Source: Oopsacas minuta (Eukaryota > Animalia > Porifera). From it: a stretch of 64,000 nucleotides of DNA. A model generated the notes under the pieces. It was given only the letters and a program-made list of their open reading frames with translations, searched no databases and was not told where the DNA came from. Numbering within the stretch: the first letter of the stretch is position 1; each line of letters begins with the position of its first letter. The DNA lies in the NCBI GenBank assembly GCA_024704765.1, contig JAKMXF010000066.1, forward strand, positions 751,854-815,853. The letters run 5' to 3'. The translations under genes and the position numbers were made by a program. Positions 35,850 through 49,709 of this stretch are shown piece by piece.

Positions 35850-38414
35850 TTATTTATGTTTGAGAACGTTATACCCACTGAAATCACCTGTTCCCTCTGG
35901 TATAGCAATACAGCATTCATTTCCTATGGAAGCATAGATATGTTTGACGTCACAAACTTCTAGTGGCTCTTTTGTGCCATTTTTCATTTTGACACCTAAA
36001 CAATTCCGTGCTGAGACATACCCCGCATTGTCCACCATAGGAATACCTAAATGAGCTTGCTGGAGGGATTCTTGACAAGTTTCAATACATATTTCTGGGA
36101 GCTTATTATGATCTGTATAAGCTATATTGTCTTCCATCTGGACTTCGTGTTCATCTTGCACGCAAGTATCTTGATTAATATGTGGGACTGCCTGGTGACA
36201 GGACGTGTTATCGACTACAGTGATAGAAGAGCTGTTTTGATTCATTAAATTACTGTTAATACAGTATGTGGAGTTTCGAATGATTGGGTTTGCGTTGCTC
36301 GGTGAATCGAATCCGCTATCTCGCTGATTGCTAGTATCCCTCGTAGTTAGAGAATCATACACATCATCGATGGATATGCTATTCACAATTACAGTCTCTT
36401 GTTGTACATTTTCAGCGTAATTTCTGAAAGATTCGGTTTTCGAGTTTTGTAGTGCATGCAGTTTTCTCCTGACTTTACGGTTATTCCTGGCTAGCAGAAC
36501 TATTATGATTATACTGTTGAGTAAAGTTGTTATTACGAAAATCCCAAGTGTTCCGACTATTGAGAAAAATACAGATCTCGCCGTGCAATCGTCTTTAAGA
36601 GGTTGTGGATCGACTGCGGTTGATGCATCAATTTGAGTTGTTGAGATGGTTGAGATGGTTGATTGAAATGTGTTTGTATTTTCCATGGTTATAGTTGATT
36701 CTGTTGTTGTTGATGGTATTGTTGTACCAGTTTCAGTTCGATCTCCGATAGTTTGAGCGTCAAAAGAAGCTCCATTTTGAAAATTCGCAATATGTGAGCT
36801 AGTGGGCCGTTCTTCTTCAGGAATTTCGCCTACGTAATTATAGCCAACATTCTCAACAGCAATATTAACATCTTCACCAGTAAATACAGCTATTTCTGAT
36901 AGCACTATATTTGTACCAGCTGCTACTGTGAAAGAAAACTGGAATAAGTTCTCATTCGAGTCTATTGAGGTTGTAATTGAGTAAATATTGTCTATTAGGA
37001 TTCCATTTGTTGGACTTTTATCAGGATTACTTGTCATTTTCACTTCAGGTAATCGATCAGATCCTTGGATTAAACCGAATATGACTACTCTGCTAATATA
37101 AGCTGTTCTTGATAGCTTTATTTTTACGTAGAATATACAGGACTGGTCTCTGTCTGATTGGCAGTTCCAACCGACACCGTCTGTAGTAATTGTCTCGATC
37201 TCTAAGTAAAGAAAATAGAAAATATTAAACTCTAAACTAGAGATCACTACGAGTATCATAGTTTATACACATACCAAATTTTATGTTTGTAGCATCAATG
37301 AATAACTCATGATATTAGATATACATGTAAGTAAATATGTAAAATTCACACTTAACTAACCAGTATTGCCATCTGTCAATCTTCCCTTTCCTCCAATACA
37401 AAACTCGCTGCCACATAAACCAGTGTATTCATTGTCCATTTGCAAGTTCGGCACACTGATATCATAATTCAATACCGACACTCTTGCAATCTGATATCCG
37501 ACTAGTCCATACCGCATGCAGAAGGTCTCTTTGATCCCAGTTCTCTTCACTATCTTGAACAAATTGTTAAACCCAGATTTATAATTGAATTAAATAGAAT
37601 AGAATTGAATAACACTCCAAAAGTGTTAATTACTATACACTATATATATATCATATTGTTAATGGAGTATTAGCTTGTTAGAGTTCATTAATTAAATCAA
37701 TAATTGAGTATTAGATATAATTATAACACTTATAACAAATGAGGTTTAGTAAGTATGTGAATTATTCAGAATATTAAATGAGCGCGCGCTCCATTTATGA
37801 TTCAGGAGTGAAGGTGGAGCGCTCTATTTTGAAGGAGCAAACACACTCGAACACGCGGCTATTTAATCGCAAAAAACTTCAGTAATTTTTCAGATCAAGA
37901 GCACGGAGCGATATCCCACTCCAAAAAATGCGCAGCGCTTAATGCCCTGGAATTATTAAATGTTGTCTAAATATGAAAATAAATGCAATAAGATACTTAC
38001 TGTAATTGAGTCAGCAGGTATTGGTTCAATCTCAATTGAAGCTATGTGGTCACTAATATGTGTAGAATCTGTTGCTAAATTTAGAACGCGTGTTTCTTGT
38101 CCAATATTATAGCTAATTAGATAATCAGCTGACCTTATTGTTGTCTCAAGAGTGCAAGTAATCGAAGATCCCACAAATATTTGTATTTGTATTGACGTAA
38201 TTACGAATGTAAATGTTGAGGTATCTGCCGCCAGTCCGAATGTAACATCTGGATTATTACTGTTAATTAACCAGTAATTGTCAGAGTTTATGAAAGGGAA
38301 CGTGGATGTGATTAACCGCTCCCCATCAGTTGTCACATCCATATTTTCAAGAATGTGGATCTGTCCATAAACACGAAAGATTAGGAATAGAAAAACTACA
38401 AAAATGGACTTCAT
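35850..38414 (-). CDS. Kinase-less DDR-like receptor C. Exons 38414-38001, 37553-37361, 37201-35850
   Basis: FCMRYGLVGY...YTGLC...CIGGKGRLTDGNTG; GVGWNC; NIVLSEIAVF; Thr-rich stalk; TM; long tail with VYDSL, IYASI, SGYNVL. Confidence 0.72.
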
Positions 38415-39296
38415 TTTTCGGATTCAAAAGATTAATGCCTCTACAGTTTGAATTATATTTACTTATAGCCGAATTTGTTTCTACTCCAGGAGTTTACTGC
38501 ACATAATTAACTCAAGAGTTCCAGTTTAAGACTAATTCGGTCAAGTAATTGATCTGACACTATTGTTAATTAGTTCCATATTAGTCCAATCATAATTAGC
38601 AACCTCGTTATGGTAGGTATCTTTCCTCTAAAATTAATAGAATTTTTGTTTTATTTCCTATAGTTACGCATGTGGATAATTAGAATGTAAACTTTCTAGC
38701 AAGACGAATGTATTTTATAAATAATATTGTAATTTACGCAAAAGTCACTTTGGTTAATAAAGAACTAATATTCCTTCCGAAAAATTCATTGCAAACCATA
38801 CATGCAAGATTTTCGCTTACTCGTATTGCACGGCTTGCAAACTCTTCAAGAATGACATATCAAAATATTTGGGACCTTTCTCAGGATTTTGATACTATAA
38901 GTTTGATCAACGGTCAACCTTTTTCAGTCGTGGACCCCTATACCAATTGTAACACATTCTGTGGACCCCCTGCTGTCGTCCGTGGGCCACCAAGGCTCAA
39001 TAGACCCCAGGTTGGGTGCCGCAATATGCCACATGCAGGTCAGATTTAATTCTCTTATTATTTGCTTAATCAATTCAGAGAAACAACAAACGTAAATAAT
39101 AAAGTTTTCAAATACGTATAGGATTTGCAGATATTATGCGAATTGGCTTTTGACACCTTCCATTTATATGGTTTGTTTTATCTGAAGTTCTATTCTCCAA
39201 CAGTTTGCTAGAAAAACTATAACTTGATGGGGAAAATGATAAGTTTAATTGAGTCTGTAATTACAACAAAGATAATACAGCTACTTAACAAATTAG

Positions 39297-41661
39297 TTAG
39301 AAATGTTGTAAGTTATTGTAATCATAGAACGTTTCTTTGCGAGGAATACTTTCATCATTTTTGAAAGATTGGCTGGCAGTGGGCTTCTGATGTCCTATAT
39401 TCTTTGTTCCAGTTTCAACCTCCCCGAGGGTTGATGATACAACCTTTTTCGAATTCCCCTCATAGACTAAATAATTATCCGTGAAGTCAATATTGGATTC
39501 TCCCCTTTTTTTAGCTTTAACCTGTGGCAAAATTGTCTGATTGATTGCCGGCGACCTGTCACTAATTTCATCATAGAATTCCGACTCCAAAAATGTTGAA
39601 TCGTCTGGAACTAAGGGTAGCGTCATAGACTTCCATTTTGTAGTTCTTGTCAGAGTTAAAATGAATTTTTTTTGTTGATAATATTTTATAAAGAGAATGG
39701 TGATAACTACAATTAATATTATTATCAAAGTAGACGCAAGGAATGAAATTAATCCCAGAGAGGTTTGATCAAATTCCTCACCTGCACATGTCAGAATACT
39801 CGATTGTATATTTATATCCTCTCTAAATAATATTTTGGTATCAAAATTATCATAAATACCTATACTATAAACGTCTGCGACATCTCCTGGATCTAAGCAA
39901 ATATCAAATGAGAAAATGTTCGAGATTTTCTTCGCTCCTGTTTGGAATGACTCTTTATAAATTTGAAACATTCCATATACTCCCCCGAACAGCGATTCAC
40001 CAGTTAAACAATTTCTTCTCCAAGGGAGAAGTATTTTCGGTAAAGACCTGTTTTTAATTGTCAGACCACTGATTGTCAAACTTTGTATCAGCACGCTGTA
40101 ATCCAGGAAGATTGTAATGTTTATTCTGCAAGGACTTTCCCCTTCACATGCCCACTTGAGTCGTTCTGCTGGTTTTACCATTTCTTCCATTAATGACTCT
40201 ATATAGAAAACCGTTATGTCAAACACAGATATAGCGTAATACCCATTTATATCCAAGTCATAAATTGTACAAATATGGTCCTAAACCGTCAGAGAAACAG
40301 AAATTCACAGTTAAATCGAACTCCGCTCATATCGAAGTAATTATCGCGGTCCCTTGAGTAACTGGCGCGGACTGTATATAACATTCTGTCTCAAAAAGTG
40401 TATTTTGGACAATTTATAGTTTTTAGACATTATTGAGTGAATTATAATAAATATAACTCACCGTCTCTACTGAAAATATATGATATTCCACCTGAGCATA
40501 TGTTATACGCTTTGTCACATACTTTCCCTTCAATCTGGTAGTTAGTTAGATCTCCTTCTGTAGGTGTAGTTGTCTCAAATCCGATTATGTGACTTGCATT
40601 CGTAATTGAACCCAAGAAATCAAAGCGAATACAAATGTTAGTGCCTTCAGGAATGTTCAGCATTTTAACCTAAGTAAATAACAATAAATTGAATAATGTA
40701 TAAAACTTGGAAATAATAAATAGTTAGGAAATATGCTACATACTTGTCAAATGCGCCATATCTTTGCACTTTTTGCAATTTTATCCGGTGACAATAGTGA
40801 CAAATATGTACATACTAGCCTCAGCGCCTCCCTCTGTGAGGCTTTTTCTGCTAGTTCCTGCGGAATGCTTTTTCGGCCCTCATTATTGTTTTTGGAGTTT
40901 GCGAATGCTACGCTTATTATACGAAGGAAGGAATTTGATTGGCCAACGTTGACCAATTCCTCCGAAAATGCATTGATTTATATGGGCGAGGTGTGAAAAA
41001 TTCACATATCTTGTCCAAAAATGGTTCGATTCGAAAAATAATTCTTATTTGGAAAGGTTGAGTACTACTACTTAGTCGACACACAAAATTTGGTTCGAAT
41101 CAGCCCCGGCATCTCTGAGACAACACACACACACACCTTGTTTTATATGTGTAGAAGATTTGTCTCTCTGATTATATAAATATTAGTTACCTGTATTTCT
41201 GAAGAAATAAACTTGTTAAAAGGTAGATTCAAAACCAAGTCCTCACTGTGTAGAGTATATTGCATGTCAGGAAGTTTAAATGTAACCAATTTGTTATTTT
41301 GCATGTATCCTATTTGAATTTTTTTCAAATCTAATACTGATAAATTCGCGCATTGTTCATTGCCCATTTTCTTTGAAGTTTGTATTAATATGCTGTCTAC
41401 ATTGTACATGAAAATAGAGGTGTTTATGTTTTGAGGTATTTCTATAGAAATTCTGTCGTTTTGGTTTGTGAATATCCAAGTGTTGTTTGCGTTTATATAA
41501 GGAAATTCATTGTTGTTAAGCACTAAGTTATTATTTATTTCATTCCCTCGCCAATCTGGAAAGAGCATAGATGTTTGCATCAAAACTTCAGTATTTTTTA
41601 CAAGAATCAATCCTTGTAAACATAACAATACAAATAATTTCATAATTGCGAAGATTTGCAT
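39297..41661 (-). CDS. Kinase-less DDR-like receptor D (most divergent). Exons 41661 (or 41643)-41191, 40669-40462, 40198-39297
   Basis: ICIRFDFLGS...CSGGISYIFSRDG; LKWAC; TM; tail with FYDEI and YDYNNL. Same intron phases as the paralogs. Confidence 0.65.
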
Positions 41662-42157
41662 ATTAAAGCAAAGTTTTGAAATTTATTCACTTCTCTTTTA
41701 AGAAAATGCTTTGACCAGCTTTTTCTGCTAACGAGCTTTTCCTTGAAATATTACTAAATGATTCATAATTATTATTACTGGTGTAATATGCTTCGCTGTA
41801 TGATTTATACATAGCATCTTGTACTACATGTTGTGGTTCATATTTCCTATTCGAGCCAGTAGCTAATTCTGTGTATCTCTAGTTATTCTCTATTTGACTA
41901 CGTTTGAACAATTCTAATACAGTGTAACGTCCACATACGGGGTGCTAGTGACGCCGAAAATATCTGCAAATCCAACATCTGTGGAGGTTCATTTGTATGG
42001 AGTAGGAATTCGGTCAATATATTATTTACGTCGTTCCCACAGACCGTAGTTACATATTTATCATTTAATGAATTATCAACAATTCAGGTGAACAAACAAA
42101 CAAACAAATAACCAAAATATGATACAACTAAACAAAATAATAACAACAAACAACAAA

Positions 42158-43976
42158 CTAATGTCTACCAGAATGATCCAGTTTGTCATAATCATTAAAA
42201 GCATCCTCATTAATTACTGTAATCTCATTCTTATATGGTTCTTTAGGTGTTATTTTCCCTGCCGAATGCAGTCGCATCATCTCGGTAGATACATATTGAG
42301 GATTTTCACTTACGAAAACTTCAGAGTTACTTCTGTCCAATTTCCCTTGAGGATCTGGTGTTCCGTTTTTATCGTAAATGGGATTTTCTTCCAAACTGTC
42401 TTCTGAATTAAAATTTTCTCGTTTTTTACGTTCTAACGTTCGATTCCTGACTTGTTCTTCCAATGAATCAGTGAAACTAACCGGTTGTCTTGAGAGTTTT
42501 GGATTTCTTTCATGTGATAGAGGTTCCACTTGTGCCAAGGGTTCAATCCTGACAGGAATTGCGTTTTTCGTATCAGCTGCACTCGCTTGAGTTCTTATAT
42601 CAGTGTAAACATGCTGCGTCCTTTCATTATTTTGGATATTTTCAATATTTCGAGGTTTATAAGTACATTGTAACCATCCAGCCCTTTTGCGTACATACCA
42701 GGATATTATGGGGAGAGCGAATCCAATTATGAACATGATTAAGCCAATACCAACAATGATCAAACTAGCTGTGCTGTCCGGTAAACTATTCCCAAAAGTA
42801 GATTGTTTGGCGCATGACACTGTGGTTAGTTGGTTTTGTGTCCAATAAGTGATGAGAATTTCTTCGATTTCAAATGATTCGCCTATGTCAACACTTATTT
42901 CAAATTCTATAAAGTTTACTGCAGTTTCTAATGAAAACTTTATGCCTTGATCTACGTTCTGAGTTGGGAATTGAGAATTGGTACTTACATTTGCCACAGA
43001 TGTTAGGAATATTAATATATTTGAAATACCGACATGTTGGTAGAAGCTAATACTGAACTGTCCTGATCCTTCCCATTTTAGTGTGTTTTCTATGAACAAA
43101 AATATATGTTTAAATCAGTAATTATTCATCTATACAGCGGGTAGACCCCATTTGGGAACAACTACATGCAATGTTGGCCACTAAAGTTGAAAGAAAGAAG
43201 ATTGGCAGTTTCGCTGCAAAAAACATTTTGAAAACTCACTAAAGTTATCATCAATTAATTCTCCAATTCCTCCAGAACACCACTTGCCACTACAAACACC
43301 AGTGTATGTAGAGTCTGCGTCCGCTGGCTGTGTTGAATCGTATGAAAGTACTGGTCCGCAACCAGTAGGTCTGTCTGTACAGCCGTATAGCTCGTATTGT
43401 ATGCAGTAGACAACAGGATCTGTAACTTCTGTATTATTAAAGACCTTGCGTATCTAGAGAATAAACACGATCTATTATCAATATTTGCAAGTTTGCGAAT
43501 TAGTAAGGGAAATTCTTGCGATTATTATAGTACAACTTTTTCTCCAGATTTGCATACAGAATTCTTACCTGTATTGTAGATCCATAAGTTGTGATGAATG
43601 ATACCTTAATGAAAGTTTTATTGATTAATTTTCTATTTGGAAAATCTACTCGCTTTTTGTCAACAATAATTTCAAATTCTCTCAAATCAATTGAGCTCTC
43701 AACAAAGTTACAAGGCGATTTATTTTCCGTGTTTACTCTTATTCCAAATCCTGTTAAGTAGGTTGGGGTGTCTAATTCCCCCTCTACGATTTTATCTTCG
43801 CCTTTTAGCTGCCAATAATCACTCGAGTTAATTAGAGGGATTTCTTGACTAAGTGCTCCTGTAATTGTGAATTTATTCTTCCCAAGAAGACCATCATTAC
43901 AATTTCTAACGTCTATTGCGATAGTTAATGCTATTTGTAGCAATGTTATGAGGGAAATTATGAAACTCATTTGCAA
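42158..43976 (-). CDS. Kinase-less DDR-like receptor E. Exons 43976-43569, 43453-43240, 43089-42158
   Basis: Middle exon, absent from the ORF track, reads YCIQYELYGC...VLSYDSTQPADADSTYTGVCSGKWCSGGIGELIDD; LKW; FEIEEILI; TM; tail with VYTDI, IYDK, DYDKL. Confidence 0.75.
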
Positions 43977-44166
43977 ATATTTGTGTATATTTTGTGAATA
44001 CTCTTCTTATATACATTTTCTATATCAGCTGGTCAGACTCTGGTCTTTGTAATCTAAATTTTATTCTATTGAATAGAATTGAAGTGAAAATTGTGTTCAT
44101 TTGTTAAATAGTTCCAACTTTAGAAGTATACATAATGTAATAGAATTGATTAATATCTAATCTGAA

Positions 44167-45940
44167 TTATGCTTGCATAAACGGATGCTTAATTATATCT
44201 TTCACTTTCAACCTTTGATGTCCTTCCTCTCTCAGAATCTCATTTACCAATAGTTTGGCTGTATAAGATAGTTTTTCAGGAAGTTTTAAAGTTGTTCGTA
44301 TCTGTTTGACAAGCATTCTAGCACTATTTCCATCATAAGGCAGACAGCCACATAACAATGCGTATAATATTATCCCACTACTCCATACATCTGCACACCT
44401 ACCATCATAAGGTAAGCCTTTCAGTATTTCAGGGCAGGCGTATGCAAATGAACCACAAGATGTACTCAGCATCTGGTCTCTCCTCCTACAATAGTTGTAG
44501 TTAAAATGTACTTTATTGTAATTAAGATAGTAGTAAACACATCTGGGAAATGTAAATATGTGCTCAGGGTTCTTAAACGGCAACTCGCGCGCGCGTCAGA
44601 CAGTTGCAAAATATCTCGTGAGCAGTCTAGTACAAGTATAAAGTTGATATATAATATGTATGTGTAATTGAAAGTATTAGGAATTTGTCAATAAATCTTG
44701 AAGATTAATTGAATTTTTTGTATATGATTAATTGCAATAAAACTTAATTAGCAGAATTATTTGTAATTAGACTTACCAATAATCATTAATATATGAACTG
44801 AAAGTCTTATCTTTAGAAATACGATCGTCTGTTCTTGGTTCAACAATGCTTATATAAATATTTGTGGTATGTTGCAAAACAGAATTCTAAATTAACGCTG
44901 AATTACATCGGTTTTCGAATGAACAACATATTAATGTAACAAATCACAAATCATGTGTACTATTCTTTATAGTTTTGTTAATTTCCTAATTAGACCTAAA
45001 GAATTTGACTTTTCCTTAATGCAAGTACAATTTCCATATTTCAGTGTCAGTCATGCCATAACTCTCTTTTGATTTTCTCGCCACATTCTCTATGTACATT
45101 ACAAAACATTGAATTTTTCAACTATACAAACAGCGTAATGTAGATTGCATACTTTGTGACCAAAGAATTATCCATAAATTTGGAAAAAATACAAATATAA
45201 TCTTTCTTGACGGTAACTAAATTTGGGAAGGGCGGAGATGAGGAAAAGTATATTATTTAAGAAATTCTACGTCTTAAGCCGAGTTCTAGTGTATGCACAA
45301 ACCGACCGTATGAATTGTACAAAGTATTCCTTAAAATGCCTGAAGGGAACTTAACCATTGTAAATCGGGCTTAACAAACTCACATATTGATTGCAAATCC
45401 AAAATCAGTGATTTTAACCTTCAATCCAGGATCCAAGAGAATATTCTCACATTTTAAGTCTCTGTGTGCTATTCCGTTAGTATGTAGATATTTGAGTGCC
45501 TCCAGCATTTGCCGGTAAATATACCGACATACGTCTTCTTTCTGAGGTCCTCTTTTGTTGATAAAGTGTAGCAAATCTCCGTCTCTGGCTAAGTCCATCA
45601 CGATAAAAATCTTTGACTCATTTTCTATTACTTCTCTCACACAAGTGATATTCTGATGATTCAGTTTTGTTATTATCTCGATCTCACGTGGCATAAATTT
45701 TGTTGAGTAATTCAAAGGTGTATCTTTCACTTTTATTATTTTAATAGCCACATTGTTTCCGGTTGCTCGACACCTACCAAGTTTTACTTTCGCATACGTA
45801 CCATGTCCGATAACATTGTATATATCGTATCCTTTGTTTCTCTCCTTAAGTTGAATATTGTTACGACTGTCTTTTATATTTTGAAGTTTATTATAATTCA
45901 GTTTATATGATAAATCGAATTTTTGCATAATTGTAATCAT
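44167..45940 (-). CDS. Testis-specific serine/threonine kinase family protein (TSSK-like). Exons 45940-45384, 44485-44167
   Basis: IGHGTYAKVK, FMPREIEII, HRDLKCENILLD, DFGFA, STSCGSFAYACPEILKGLPYDGRCADVWSSGIILYALLCGCLPYD. The KCEN and CGSxAYA motifs are TSSK hallmarks. Confidence 0.87.
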
Positions 45941-47156
45941 TTTGAGTTAAAAATACAAAAATATATACAAAATTTGATCGTAAAAATGCGTAAAATTTCT
46001 TTTTATACTTTTCCTACTCTGCATACTGTTGACTACGACCAATCAGATCCCACTCTTAACCCTCGAATCTGATTCACTTAATTTCGTACATACATTGTAT
46101 TAAAATTCCTATTTACGTAACTTGTTGTCAGGGCTGCTGATTATCTGCATCAAGGTATCCATTGTGCCCTTTGGCATGTTCAAACTTTAACATTAATAAT
46201 TGCATTAATTATTGGGTAAATGATTTGGTAATTTCTACATTATTTATTGTCAAAAGCCTTGATTTAGTCACGAGATTTTATGTCCCATTTGCTTATGGGT
46301 GTGTATCATAGTTATCAGGTGGATGTTGTTCCCCTGGCGAGTCAAATTCCAGAATTATTAGTTAGCAACCTCAATAACATATTGGAAAGAGCTACAGCTA
46401 CTGATCAAAGTGATTTATCGTATTCATGGTTCACCTGAACAGATGTATTCATATACATCTGGAATTGTGGATAATATATAGCTGTTGGTATTGACGTGTT
46501 GTTGTTGTATTACAAATTATCTACGATTCCAAAACTGTGGCATAATATACATGTATCATTTCAGAATCTACTTTACGTCGTAATAACTATTTACAATATT
46601 AGTCATGCTTAGATACAGATCTGGTTGAATGGAATGATAATTCTGCCGTTTAATATTTTATAGTTCATCAACTTTATTGCTTACGGCAAAAACGTAATTT
46701 TTTGTTCACGAACTCTGTTTTGATTTAACTCCTCTTCCAAATTCATTGGTGCAACCAGGCTACTGGGTCTGGTTGGGGAAAGATAACGCCAAGTCCACCA
46801 AAATGACCCTAGGTGGCCTATAATATAATTATTAAGAGCTAATATGTGTTAAAAAAAGGTCCCATTGAATAATCAAATATTACTAAATGAAAGTTTTGAG
46901 ATTAATTACATTCTTAACAATCAGTAGCTTGCCTACGAGTATGCCCAGTTGTATATCGAAACATGAAACACTGCCATCGTTGCATGAATTACATACGATG
47001 ACAATTCTTACAAACTTTATCATAATGAAATTCGGTGAATCGTAGATTAGTTTATTCCTTTTGTCTAATAAAGTACAGTAAACTGCAAGATAATCAAATA
47101 TTCTAATAGCAGACATATAAGTATCAACTCAAGCCAGTATTTCATTATTTATTGAT

Positions 47157-49415
47157 ATGAATAAGTGCGTTTTGTTTGTTATTTTGTTGTTTTTCTCATT
47201 TGTAAACACACAATATTCTTCTAAATGCAATATACCGGTATTTAAATCACATGACGGATATTTTGTTGATTTTCGCTTTCCTTCTGAAAGTATTTCACTG
47301 ATATATGGAAATTCTGATTTAAATATTTCTTCATGGAAAGAGTTTGGCTCAATATGGAAAGTAACAAAACTCAAGAATTTTATAGATATTGAATTCACGA
47401 ATCCAATAATTATATCCAGTTTTGCAATCAATTTTTGCATTGAAGAAGATGAAAATGATTGTAGAGAATACTCAAAAACAGATTTTTCTGTTTTCAAATT
47501 TGATTATATATCTCCGGGTTCTCCCGGTTTCACACGTTTAAAACCGATCCAATATCCTGACGGATTAATTAAACTCTCAATTCTATCTGAAGGCCTACCA
47601 AATGAGATAGGTTTCAACCAGATTCTTGCTAATTACATACGGGTAAGCGAGTAATTTGATATTTAAAATACGTATTTATCTGATGTCAGTACTGTATGGA
47701 ATAACTTAGTGGAGGAGCTAGACATTGTAGGTTGAAGTTATGTACAACAAAAATTCATATTCACGATTACACTAGCTTATAAATTTGTAATATTACAATA
47801 TGTCTGATAGTATCAGTCCATTGTTACACTTGCTGACAAGAGTATAGACTATTAGCACTAAGTATTATTGCTGGCTATTGCTATCATCTTCAATTCGTTT
47901 GCCATACGACTCTTGTCTCATACCAACGAGAGTATACTCATAATTGCCAGCTGTCTCGCCTTTTCTTCACTCAGGTTGGCAATTATGTATACACCTACAT
48001 AACTTTTCTCCATTTAGATAACCAAGAATTACGCTCTATCAGGATCTGAAGAGAGTAACTATCTCATACAATTAGAACTGTTTGGCTGCTCACCTCTTCC
48101 TGACAATGTACTCTCTTTAAACGATAAGGTTATCCACTATGACGTATCTCCAAGCTTCATGGATTATTCTATTAATATACTGGACCATGGATGGTGTAAT
48201 AATGAGGCTTGTAGTGGATTAACTGGAACTTTAATTGATGGAATTATGGGTGAGTTTACTGCATTAATATTTTGGTTATAATGGGAACAGCTGCTATAGA
48301 TCAAACTGTAAATTCTTATTATATTTGTAGTTTACAGATCTATTCTTGCTTCAAACTCAAATACGCTAAACTGGGGAAATAAAGGACAGCCAATAAACAT
48401 ACAAATATTCTTCAAAGATAACTACAATTTTACTAATTTTGTCGTTCACTGCATTTCAAGTCAGAATTTGAAAAATTGCATCCCTCAAGCAATTATTGGG
48501 GGAACTACACAAAAAGCAAAGACTATATTTTCAAAAGGAACCTCACATGGAATATTTGGGTTTAGCCAAGAAGGTAACACATTGGAAATACAGTTATTGG
48601 TTCCTAGAGGTGTTGAATTTATACTCTCAGAGATAGAAATATTTGGTGAAGAAATAGTTGGAAGTGAAAATTTTGCTCAAAATACATTGCAACCGCAATT
48701 TGTGTCAATTTTTATTTCTTCAATTTTCTTCACGATTACTCTTGCGCTGATAATCCCACTGTTAATTGCTGTTGTTATTATTTGTTTCAAAATCAAGAAA
48801 CAGACAGTGTATTTCCCAATCCAGCAGGAATATTTCAAATCTCAAAAACCAACACCAAACACATTTCAAACAGAAATATTACGAGCGAAAGATGAAGAAA
48901 AATTCCAGAATCCTACCAGGATAACAATCGACTCCCTCGATCAAGCTCCTATTACTGGGGACTCAATTAAGCGTCTGGATACAAGCGTATTGAACAATAT
49001 GTACGAACGTATACCCACTATATCTACACTACAAGGAAACAAAATGCGAGAATCTTTCAAGAGACCGAATGCGATGGACGTAGGTATTTCACCCACGCCA
49101 CGCCTGAAACTACCTGAAATACCAATTTATAGTATCCCAAATAAAACTAAAGCTACTAACAGTCTTAACAGACCCGCATCGCATGAAGGGTATTTGGAAA
49201 TAACAGATCTGAGCGTCAATGGAATTTCTCCTACATTCCCCAATTCAGAAGATGAGAATCCTCTATATGACTATATACGTCCGAGATCTGCTTTGCTTCC
49301 TGTTAATAGCGATTCTAACAATTCAATTACTTCACCTATCTCTGAGTATGTCAACAGTAAACAAAAACAACAGCAATATATTAACATGAATAATAATAGC
49401 ACTACTGCTCTTTAA
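47157..49415 (+). CDS. Kinase-less DDR-like receptor F. Exons 47157-47642, 48018-48249, 48331-49415
   Basis: LIQLELFGC...GWC...CSGLTGTLIDGIMG; LNWG..INIQIFFKDNYNFTNFVVHC (cf. DDR VEMEFEFDRLRAFQAMQVHC); FILSEIEIF; TM; tail with MYERI, GYLEI, LYDYI, EYVN, QYINM. Confidence 0.75.
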
Positions 49416-49709
49416 CAGTTATTGTTTTTATTGACAAGTTTACTAATTTGTAAGTATATTAATCTTTAGATTGTTAATAATGAATGATATATGTATTGTA
49501 GTCATTTCACACCTTTGTGCTAATTAAACTTTCAATAATTACATATTTGAGTAGTATATTAACTGACCAGTGGTTTCACACCTTCCATAGACTGCAATAC
49601 AAATTTTGAGATTATGTGGACCCCCAAGGCGCCTATAGACCCCAGGTTTGCAACCCCAGACTAACTATATAACATATTCACACCTTTGAAATTCATTTTT
49701 TATCACATT

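Noticed and set aside
38708-39049. 113-aa plus-strand ORF between receptors C and D
   Set aside because: Its 3' half is a family-D MITE remnant and there is no coding signature.
46883-47497. Minus-strand ORFs 46883-47116 and 47129-47497
   Set aside because: The second is antisense to exon 1 of receptor F, the first has no recognisable features, and both are consistent with chance in AT-rich DNA.
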